A stretch of DNA of 34,548 bases from Conidiobolus incongruus B7586 (lineage: Eukaryota). The position numbers were made by a program, and so were the translations under genes. The stretch covers positions 1 through 34,548 of the forward strand of contig JNEM01008199.1 in assembly GCA_000697335.1 (NCBI GenBank), read 5' to 3'. The notes below the pieces were generated by a model. That model did not search any database, was not told the origin of the DNA, and worked only from the letters and a program-made list of their open reading frames with translations. Position 1 is the stretch's first letter; the number at the start of each line of letters is the position of its first letter. Below are positions 24,411-34,548 of the stretch, piece by piece.

Positions 24411-24522
24411 ATAATAAAATAAAAAATATTTAATATCAAATTCTCTCTTTAAAATAATATACAAAGTAGATAATTAAATAATAAAGTAATCTATTTTTAT
24501 TTATTAAATTAAAAAACCAATA

Positions 24523-27429
24523 TTATAAATATAGAGTTTCAATTTGATAATTTTTCTTTCTTCTATATCTTGATTGGAGGAAGTTCTCCTTCTTTTCATC
24601 GAAAGTTTCGTCATCTAACCATTCACTCGTTCTCTTCCCATGAATGGCACCGATCATTTCTGATTTATAAGCATTGACAACACCCATCATTTCGGACTTG
24701 AACGTTTGGTATCTGTAGAGCATCTTTTGAGCCTTTGTAGTGATTTGTAACAACTGCTTGTTAAGTGATTGTAAGTTGGGTTGAGTGATTAGAGATAGTG
24801 AATGAGCATCAATGAAACATGTAAGGAATTGTTGGATTTTAGAGAATTTGTTCTTAGCAGAGTGAGTTAACAAATTGGTATGCTCATCTAATAATCTGAC
24901 GAGTTGAGTAAAGTAGCTTTCTTGCTGTTCAATGTTCAAAGCTTTCAAGGCATCCGTGAGATAAATAGGATCATAGTCGTAGTTGATAACTAAATTCATG
25001 TAGGCATTGAAATGATCAAGAGCTGCTGATCTTTCTGTAACTTGACTAGATTTCTTGAATTTAAGATAAGTTTCATAAGAGACCATTAAAAGCTGAACTA
25101 ATTCATATTCAGATAAATCAGGAGTATATACCAAAGCAGTTTGAATATTGGCCCAATCTTGTCTTTGAAGGAGCATGGGGATGATTCCTTGGTGAGAAGA
25201 TCTAAAGGTAGAGGATGTGATCATGGAGTAACGAATAAAATAGCCCATTAATTCGGAATTATATACAGCCATATTAGGAACGGATGGATCTTGATCACAC
25301 GACTGAACCATATGATGAATCCAAGCTTCAATGTATTTGGTAGAAATATGACTGGTAACGAAAGGAGTCATGTCTTCGATCTTATTCCATTTGATTTTGC
25401 GTAATTGGCTATAGCTTTGAACAGCACAGAAATTCTTGGAAAGATTTAGTAAAGATTGATTAGAATACTTGACTAAATCCTCAATGGGTTGACTGGATCC
25501 GCTATGGCTAACTCTCTCCAACTGAACCAAGGGAACTTTGCGGTCATCAGTAAACAATTCAAGTTTATCATCGAAAGACTTCTTCAAAAGCTTGCTATGT
25601 TTGGGAACATTTTGGCCAAGTTGTTTCATGGAGTTAGCTAAATATTTAGACATTCTGGAAATGTGTTTACTGAATAGATCCCAGGAGTCAGCTTTTTTGG
25701 ATATTTCAGGGATTAACTTGGCTTCCAAATCATTCCATTCTGAGAGTAATTTATATTGAGTAGACATAAATCGATTGGTCGGAATGATAGGGTTTTGCTT
25801 GGACTGACCTTCTCTCACAAGAGAATTAACACGATGAATTTCCTCCTGAGCATTTGTGATTAAATCAATCAAAGTGCTCTGTTGAGGACAGGAAATCAAT
25901 ACACATGAGACTTGAATATCTCTATGTAGCTCGGTGCTCTTTTCTTTCTTGTTAATTTGTGTAATTTGATAAATTAATGAAGAGCTATTCTTGATGAATT
26001 GAGAATAGAAGGAAAATTTCAGGATATCATTGCTCATAGTAGTATTGGACTTGGTAGACTCAACATCAGAGTTGACCGAAGGTGGTGCATTGGGCCCAGA
26101 TTGAGTAAAAACGGAGCCAAATTGGATACTGCCGTATTTAAGATCAAGGACTCTAAAATTCAAGAAAGGTTCTTTTGATTTGCCATCACTATCTTTAGTA
26201 ATTAAAGCTAAAAAGTCGCTTGAAACGTATTCAGCATATAAATCTTCATTATATTCTGAAGGGATTAATGACGATGATGACCAAGATGCTGAATAGCGAG
26301 AAGTGTTGGAATAAATTTTTAGATTATAAAAAGTAAAAGAATTTGATGAATCTAAAATAAAAGCATTAGTTATAATAATGATTATTGCATATTATAGTTA
26401 CCTAGAACACTGAGATTTCCTGTAGAAATGTCTAATACAAGCTTTTTAGGTACAGCGTTTCCCTATAATAGATATTAATCATTTGTGGCTGGTGATAATA
26501 ATACAGATGACATACATTGGGCAATTTTATTGACTTGATTGATTCGCTGAACTTAGGAATGTTATTTGAGTCAGGGGAAAGTGTATGAATATCGACAGTT
26601 AATAGGGTTGAATCAGATGATTTTGATACTGTGAATAACCCATATTTTGAGGACTTAGATGAATCCCAATGTTGAATGAAGCTGTGTTCAGTAGGGAATA
26701 ATTGGTTGAAAATTGAAGGATTGCTAAATCTGAAATCATTGTTAAAAATGCATTATAATCAAAGTACATCATGTATCTTACTTCAACTCATTGATTTTGT
26801 TAGATAAATCGCGATTGTATATTTCGACAGAAAAATCATCAAAAAATAACAATATATAAGCCTTAGAATCTAAGATAATAGGCTTCAATTTGAGAATTTT
26901 GCGATCAAACTAAAGCTCACTCAGATTAGTGAATATCTTATAAATATGAGAAAATACTTACATTTTTGACAGATTTTTCACCATGATGATTTTGGATAGA
27001 TACAACTTTACTACGGTCTTCAGAGCCCAATTCATTTGAAGACTCAAGCACTGAATAAATAGTATAACCCTGTTCTAGAATTTTCATAGCTTCATTATTA
27101 AATAAATTTTCATGAGTTATTTCGACTGGGGCAGGTGCGTCTTCAGCATTTTCAGAGTCATTTTTATAGTCAATAATAAGAACAGATGGAAGGGCATATT
27201 TTACATCAGATCCACAGCTCCAAGTGTGAATGACATTTTCAACTTGGGTAGCGTCTAAAACACTTACACCTTGGCCGGAAATAGTGCTGATAACTAAATC
27301 TTGTATACTGGAGTGTAACCAAATTGGTTCCGATAATCCATTAAAACTCGTTAATAATGAAGACTCGCTGGCTTGAATATCGGACGAGTGAAACAAGCTG
27401 AAGTTGGAAGAAATATTGATTGAACTCAT
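24523..27429 (-). CDS. NOL11/Utp8-like nucleolar t-UTP protein, ~5 exons
   Basis: ORFs 26938-27429 and 24523-26163 are joined by GT-AG introns (first intron 26961-26910). N-terminal GQGVSVLD..HTWSCG..YALPSV; helical C-terminal region with DLSEYELV; ends in YQIETLYL, like the NOL11-type C-terminus. Confidence 0.65.
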
Positions 27430-29279
27430 TCAATGATTATATTAGATCTATAAAAGCTAAAAGGAAAGAGTAGACGATAGAAAGTGTAAATTAAAACAGA
27501 TTGGACTAAAAATTAAAAAATTGATTAGTATTTATAATATCTGAATTTTTTTTAACTGAGAGAAATTATTTAGCGAATTTTAGATATTATGATTGAATTA
27601 AGGGTGAAATTTAGTTGATCAAATATTTATGTAAAAACAAATATGACAAAATTATGGGACTATAATTATTTACATATCAAAATTCAAAATTTTAATCCAA
27701 AAACTATATCACAAATTTATGAATTATAATATAAATCAAATGCCTAAGCCTTAGAATTTATAAGTTTAATAATGTATAATTTATTTGATTCAAAATATTG
27801 ATTATTATATATATTCAAAATCTATTGCTATTTTAAATAATGCACAAATATTCTTGGGTATTAATCTTTTCAAGTAATATTTTAAATTATTTTGAAAAAT
27901 ATAAAAATTTTTATTTTTATTCTGTTTATCAGAAGAGAATTTTAAAGCTTAATAAGAAATATAACAAAGTATATAATGAAATTCAGCTACTACTTTTACT
28001 CAAGCAAAATTTTCTGATCAAGTCAGCGGTTTAATTCTTAAATTTCGTAACCTTATTTCTTTAATATATTTTCCATCTGATAACACATTTATAATATATT
28101 ATAATATACCCGAAAACCAATTGGAAAATAATATAATATGTCAAATATACGAACTTTTTTACTTTTCGAAATTTTTATCTATAATATCATTTTTTCCAAG
28201 CAAATATGAAAAACTTAATGTGATTTAAAATATTGACATATTATATATTTAGTAATATTAGGGTAATTTAAATCATTATTAACTAATATTAAGAAGAAAA
28301 ATGATGTTGTATTATCTTATCATTTAGATATATATTTACAATTTTATAAACTTAATCCAATTGAAATTGGAACGTAATAATTGAAATAAATTTATTATTG
28401 AAAATAATCAAAACTGACAATTTATTGAATGGAGGCATTATTATTTATTTGAATATAAAAATTCCGATTTGAGAATTAAAATTATATTAATTGAAATATG
28501 AGAAATTATTGTCCATGATTTGGAACAAAATAAGATTGAATGTATAATTAAAAATATAGCTTATTAGATGTTTGTGTATATATTTATATATTGCAATCAC
28601 TTGATGAATAAAAAGCTTTAAAATATATTATATAAAATAAAGAGTTAGATTCACATTTTGGAATCTATTATTTCTAAATTAGGCAATCATCAACTTGGTT
28701 TAATTTATTATCTTCATATTTTACAATTATTATTATATACTGTTAAAAACTTGAGTAATTAATAAATTAGTCAAAAAACAGTGTATTAAAATTGACGTAG
28801 ATTTATAGTGATATAGCTATAGATTGTGTAATTTAAAAAATCTAGAAAAATTGATATTTTGATTAACTATATTTTAATATATCACCAACTATATTATTAA
28901 TATATAATATTTGATATAGTATTTTTTTCAAAAATGTTAAGATTTATGTTACTTGCAATTCAATTTAATAATCTTCAATGGGTAATTTTAATATATCATT
29001 AGGGATAACGATCAGCTAATGTTAATAAATTCAATATAGAATTGAATAAGATTGATTAATTAATAGCCAATTCGTCAATTAACAATAACAACATAGATTT
29101 TCGAATTCTCATAATAAGCAATCAGGAAGTTTGCAAAGATCAACTAAAACAACAACTGAATGACAAAATTTAAACGGAAATAAATATTTCGAAATAATAT
29201 AAAAGTAAGAATATAATCCAGTATACTCAGTATCATTTCATCAATATTTAAATATTTATATTAGCAAATATTATTTAGT

Positions 29280-29759
29280 ATGCAGCTTTCTACTATTACT
29301 ATCTTTATAGGACTTTTCGTCAGCGTTAGAAATGTGTTAGGTGCTCCGTTGATTAAATTGGAAGAGGAACAAGCTTTTGGAGCTGTTAAAGAATTAGATT
29401 TACTTGAAGATGCTGATATTGGACTTGAAAATTCTGTTCAAAGAACCGGTGCTGTAGGTGAAAACATTAACAATCTTAATGTTGCCAAGCAAAGGCAGCA
29501 TAGTCGCATTATTGAGATTGAAGATGAAGAAGATCCAGCGCTTGTTCTAGTAGATGACGAAGAAGAAGACGTAGAGGTTGAAAAAGATATTGAAATTGAT
29601 ATTGAAGAGGAAGTAGAGGAAGAAGAAGAGCCGTAAATTATCTTAATAGATATATATGTCTTTGAATATTTGACTGATTTAATTCATTATAGTGTTTATC
29701 CTCCTGGTCGAAGATCCCACCGTAACCGCCGTCCAGGCCATCGTCGTCCACGTCCTTAA
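29280..29759 (+). CDS. Small secreted protein (139 aa): signal peptide, acidic region, Arg/Pro/His-rich tail; intron 29633-29692
   Basis: Signal-like MQLSTITIFIGLFVSVRNVLG-AP. The GT..AG intron joins to a GC-rich exon encoding PVYPPGRRSHRNRRPGHRRPRP*. Confidence 0.8.
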
Positions 29760-30485
29760 ACTCGTATCTAGTATATGATTCTTCTTAATCACATTATGTC
29801 TTTCATTAAACATCTATTCGTCTCATCATCCACAATAATCATCATATATTTAGAAAAACTCAAATTTATTTATATTAATAAACTCTATTATATATACGTA
29901 AAAAATGGCAACCTTGAGATTTCATATTTTATATTAGATATCTAATATTGATTATTGTAAACCAATATTAGCAATTATTTGTACATAAATATAGAGCTGA
30001 TTAATTGTTTATAAGATACTATAATAAATTAAGTTTAGATGAGATTTTAAGTTTATGAAATAGTAATTATAATTTACAAAACCTGCCAGAATAACCTTGG
30101 CTAATTAAATACTTTAAACTCAGCTTGGGATAATAAATTAATTCAACGCCCTTGTTTATTTGCTTGTAATTTATTGAAATCCCTGATATTGAAATTTAAT
30201 GGTACTAGATTGGCTATGATTTCATTGGGTATTAATCAAATGAAGTGATGAATATTAAATATAATTAATCTATTGGTCTCTCCATTGTTAGATTTTCATT
30301 TCTCATGAAATCATATTTATTGATTACTTAATCCTTTATAAATTTCCCCAAACTAATATTAATAAATTCTACTCTATTCAACATTAATCATCTTTTAACC
30401 ATTTAATAAAATCACCCAACTTTAATATTCATTCTTAATTTCGTTATTATCAAATATTTTAAAATTGTGACGACTCACATTCTAA

Positions 30486-33431
30486 ATGAATCCCAATTCT
30501 GACCCTCCTTCAATCGATCCTGAAAGCAAAATTTCTGAGCAATTAGAGAATAATGATATTTCAAACTCTATCCAGCACCAAGATTCTATTTCAAATAATA
30601 CAAGTCAAACTCAGAACGCTCTGTTAGATTTTACCGGCTCTTCTGAAACCTATTTCCAACCTCAAAAATCTAACTGTGCTTCTGCAAGTTCTATTAATTC
30701 CGGCTCGGAACAACCTCGAATTAAAAAATTCAACACTCAAACTGGGAAACTTAGTACCAATAGTCTTCAGCCTCCAGCTTTAGACCGCAGTTATTCTCAT
30801 GGCAGCCCTTCCAAACATCACAAATCTCATTCAAATAGAAACTCTAGGTATGTATCTAGTGTTGAACGAGGATCAAGAAAGTCCCAAAATTTCCACAATT
30901 TCGTAGACCCTAGTGATGCCGATGACGATGAAGTTCATACTATACGAATTAGTCACTCCCCATCTCAAGGCAAGAAAAACCTTCGACATCGTTCTATGTT
31001 TGTTAGTGGTGGCCGTTCTCGTATGCATTCAAACAGAGCTTCTCTTGCCAGATTTCACGATTATGAACCGGAGACTACCGATGCTAATTTAGAAGACCAA
31101 ACTGAACAAATCGATACCGAAGATGATAGAGAATATACTCTAAAGGATCGACAAGAAATGTTGAATACAGTACATCCTTTTGGTTTCAGACTTTGGAAAC
31201 CAGCTTTATACAAAAAATCTCGTTCTATTACACGTAACGCAAGAAGTGCACTTCATTCAATACCTACTGAAGGCCTGCATCTTTCTTTTGGTAATGTTCT
31301 TTGGCTTATATTCTTTGGTTGGTGGATGTCTGCAATCTTTTATTTTAATTCAATTTTATTACGGTTTATACCATTTGGTGGTCGTGCATATTCTAAAATT
31401 CTCAGTGGTTTATCTTGGTACATTTTATGGCCATTTAACAAATATGTAGAAAAGAGATTGTTTCAAGTTACCAACGAAGAAATTCTAAACCCTGATCATG
31501 CGAATGATTTAGATAGAGAACCTTTATTAGGCCATGAGCGTAATACGAGCCAAGATCTTTCTCCATATAAGCCCGAATTGTTTATTGGTAAAATTGCTTA
31601 CTTTGGAATCTTTTATACAATTATTGCTCCTACTTTAATAACTGTATCTATAATTAATTGGCTGTTTGTTCTATCTGTACCTATGGCTAAATTGAATTAT
31701 GCTTTGTATCGCAAATTGAGAAGAAGTCCCTTAAGATTAGATTTCAAACTCGGATCAAAGACTCCTGGTGCATCTGGTTGTCTGGTCACTTTATGTACTA
31801 TTCAAGCTGGAGGAATACAATATCTCAAGTATACATACGACGGTATTAATATTATCTTTATTAATCTATTAGCTGTTGTGGTATTCGTGATGGTGGATGA
31901 ATATGTTTTTAAGGGATTATTGAATTTAGATACTTTTTTTACTGATAATGGATTTTTATTTGTATCCTGTATTATTTCCACTGTTCCTTTGGCTTATTTC
32001 ATTGGTATGGCTGTGTCTTCTATTAGTGCACAGAGTTCCCTAGCATTAGGTGCAGTTATTAATGCTACCTTTGGTTCCATCGTGGAAATTATTTTGTATT
32101 GTATTGCATTAACAGAAAAAAAAGCTATTTTGGTTGAAGGATCTATAATTGGTAGTTTTTTGGCAGGTTTATTATTGATGCCTGGCGTCAGTATGATGGG
32201 AGGTGCTCTAAAAAAGAAGCAACAGAGATTTAATGCAAAGAGCGCAGGTGTAACTTCCACAATGTTGATCATGTCCATTATTGGTGTTTTCACTCCTACT
32301 ATATTTTATTCCTTATATGCTGATTTTGAACTCCAATGTAAGCACTGTCCACCAAAACTATCCCCACATAATCTCTTTAAATGTACTGGCTGTTCCTACT
32401 CTATGGTTCATCCTACTGAAAATGAATTTTATAGAGCACAGGGTATCTATGTTATGTATGCATGTGCTACAATTCTACCAATCGCTTACATTGTTTGTTT
32501 AATGTTCACCTTGAAAACACACACCAAACTCATTTATTCACCTCCCCAACCTTCTATTAACCAATCCCTTAAAAATTTTTACAAAAAATTCTTTCCTGAT
32601 CATATTTTGAGCCAAATGAATCCATTACACCATGAATCTTCAAACGAAACCAATGAGCAACAGAACTCTGCATTTAACAATGAGAATTATGAAACTTCGA
32701 ATCATCATGAAGGTCCGCAGGATCAACTACAACCATTAGAGAACACCGAAAATACACAATTAAATGGTGATCAGTTAGCCAATCCTGGTGCACTTTCACA
32801 TAATATTCCACCTATTCCTTACCCACATCATCTTTTTGACGATGAAGAAGATGACAGTAGTGAAGAAGGCCATGGTGGTCATGATGCACCAGAATGGAGT
32901 AATACCAAATCTTACATAGTTTTGTTTACAGCCACAGTTTTATTTGCATTAGTTGCCGAAATTATGATTAAGGCCGTTGATGATGTAATCGAAGAATTCC
33001 ATATTGATGAAAAGCTTATTGGATTAACTTTATTTGCTCTTGTTCCTAACGTTGCTGAATTCGTAAATGCAATCTCCTTTGCTATGGGTGGAAATATTTC
33101 ATTAAGCATGGAAATTGGTTCTGCTTATGCTGTCCAAGTTTCGTTACTCCAAGTACCTATTTTGGTTGCTTTTTCCGAATATTACAATCATACTTATAGT
33201 GGTACTGATATGCTCAATACCTTTACATTGGTATTCCCAAGACTTGATATGATTGCTGTAATCTTTTCAGTTTTCTTAATTACCTACATTTATATTGAAG
33301 GAAAAGCTAACTACTTTAAGGGAACTATATTGGCTTTAACTTATTTGGTTTGGTTAGTTGCTTTTATTTTCGAGCCTACAAACAGCTCACCTACTGGTTC
33401 ATTCAATCTTTCAGACTTACCCAATAATTAA
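30486..33431 (+). CDS. VNX1: Vacuolar cation/H+ antiporter, type II CAX (Vnx1-like, with a YccF-like segment)
   Basis: TLKDRQEMLNTVHPFGFRLWKPALYKKSRSI, GNVLWLIFFGWW; alpha-repeats GAVINATFGSIVE and VPNVAEFVNAISFA; GGHDAPEWS. Confidence 0.93.
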   Translation: MNPNSDPPSIDPESKISEQLENNDISNSIQHQDSISNNTSQTQNALLDFTGSSETYFQPQKSNCASASSINSGSEQPRIKKFNTQTGKLSTNSLQPPALDRSYSHGSPSKHHKSHSNRNSRYVSSVERGSRKSQNFHNFVDPSDADDDEVHTIRISHSPSQGKKNLRHRSMFVSGGRSRMHSNRASLARFHDYEPETTDANLEDQTEQIDTEDDREYTLKDRQEMLNTVHPFGFRLWKPALYKKSRSITRNARSALHSIPTEGLHLSFGNVLWLIFFGWWMSAIFYFNSILLRFIPFGGRAYSKILSGLSWYILWPFNKYVEKRLFQVTNEEILNPDHANDLDREPLLGHERNTSQDLSPYKPELFIGKIAYFGIFYTIIAPTLITVSIINWLFVLSVPMAKLNYALYRKLRRSPLRLDFKLGSKTPGASGCLVTLCTIQAGGIQYLKYTYDGINIIFINLLAVVVFVMVDEYVFKGLLNLDTFFTDNGFLFVSCIISTVPLAYFIGMAVSSISAQSSLALGAVINATFGSIVEIILYCIALTEKKAILVEGSIIGSFLAGLLLMPGVSMMGGALKKKQQRFNAKSAGVTSTMLIMSIIGVFTPTIFYSLYADFELQCKHCPPKLSPHNLFKCTGCSYSMVHPTENEFYRAQGIYVMYACATILPIAYIVCLMFTLKTHTKLIYSPPQPSINQSLKNFYKKFFPDHILSQMNPLHHESSNETNEQQNSAFNNENYETSNHHEGPQDQLQPLENTENTQLNGDQLANPGALSHNIPPIPYPHHLFDDEEDDSSEEGHGGHDAPEWSNTKSYIVLFTATVLFALVAEIMIKAVDDVIEEFHIDEKLIGLTLFALVPNVAEFVNAISFAMGGNISLSMEIGSAYAVQVSLLQVPILVAFSEYYNHTYSGTDMLNTFTLVFPRLDMIAVIFSVFLITYIYIEGKANYFKGTILALTYLVWLVAFIFEPTNSSPTGSFNLSDLPNN

Positions 33432-34028
33432 ACTCACTTTTGTTAATTATATCTATAAAATATACCAAATATCTTAAAATCAATTTTACCCATTTCAAAT
33501 TTGTTTGAATATAATGGATCGATTATGAATTTATATTCTTCACAATTTCTTATTAATACCTACCAAATTCTACCATCTTCGAATTTCGATTAATCTCCAT
33601 TAACAATATTGCTTTATTGTTTAGACATGTGTCTTTATATTATATAATAAATAAAGAAAATTAAATATTTATCATAAATGTAATTTATATAATATATATT
33701 TTTATGATTGTGTATGTTTTCGTTTATACTTTGCTTAAAAATATTTTTAAGTTGGTGAATATAAATTTGTTGAGTTGAACTTATATAAATTAAAGATGTT
33801 GAACACAGCTAATATCATCATGGATTATGAGTTTTATCTAACTAATAATATTGAACAAGCTCTAATTAATCAACAAATTTTTACTAAAATAGTTTTAATC
33901 CAATATATGTATTAAAATCTTATGTCTAATAGTGATAATAATTAATAAATTTAATTAAAAGTAGTACTGTGATGAATATAAATATGAATTGATAATGCAT
34001 TAAAATTTTAATGTTAATTTATTTTAAA

Positions 34029-34548
34029 TTAATTTTGTTTCTTAGCTTTGTTACCTAATACCTTCTTATTTTGACGGATCATATAAGTGAATAAAGAGTA
34101 AAAACCTAAATTGATGAATAAATATTATATTAATTAAAATTATTCATTAGTTAGTTGTTATACTACTTACCAATGGGATAATATACTAAAATAGCGACTA
34201 AAACATAGTAATAATTAATATTATAAGCCTTAATAGCTGGTAAAGCTTGAATAGATAATAACACTTCGCTGAAAGCACCAATGGGGTATAGGACATAGAA
34301 TAAAGAGTAACGAGCCCAAGTTAACCAGTCGGGAAGGGAGTGCATTAAGTTGGAGGCGTAGAATAAATAACGAACGATTTCAGTAATGGACCAAGCGAAT
34401 GACATAGTAGTTAAAGCCCAGTGAGTTTTGACCTGAATGTGAAATTAGCTGAAATTCTAATATTGCTCTGATGAGTTATTACCTCTTCAGTGGGGAAGTA
34501 GTGAAGGATACCAATAGCTAATAAAAGTCTAGAGAACACTTGACTGAC
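34029..34548 (-). CDS. PHS1: Very-long-chain (3R)-3-hydroxyacyl-CoA dehydratase (Phs1/HACD/PTPLA); 3' part only, the gene starts beyond the window
   Basis: QVFSRL, AWSITEIVRYLFY and WARYSLFYVLYPIGAFSE motifs; last exon GFYSLFTYMIRQNKKVLGNKAKKQN* with a dilysine-type ER signal. Confidence 0.92.

Noticed and set aside
24130..33109. Small ORFs nested in the GT15, NOL11-like and VNX1 genes, plus 27840-28034 (and 3723-3911 outside this span)
   Set aside because: Frame or antisense shadows, or low-complexity AT-rich chance ORFs.

Overview
Very AT-rich eukaryotic DNA with short (~50-60 nt) GT-AG introns. The gene set is fungal (GT15/KRE2, VNX1, PKR1, PHS1, ULA1), and an early-diverging lineage such as Zoopagomycota is my inference, not something shown. 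Intact genes: two convergent paralogous 7TM GPCR-like genes, mitoribosomal mL41, ULA1/NAE1, a LENG1-like protein, PKR1, a C2 protein with a GGYQQ repeat tail, a KRE2-family mannosyltransferase, a NOL11/Utp8-like protein, a small secreted acidic/Arg-Pro-rich protein, VNX1 and a partial PHS1. The ORF track misses a composite at 12.7-15.7 kb: a truncated LTR-like fragment, a full-length 1322-bp DD34D mariner transposon (TIRs plus TA duplication) saturated with C>T/G>A transitions in a RIP-like pattern, and an intron-containing ATE1 pseudogene. There is also a degenerate tRNA-Leu-type gene with a CGG anticodon. All exon models and motif matches were made by eye.
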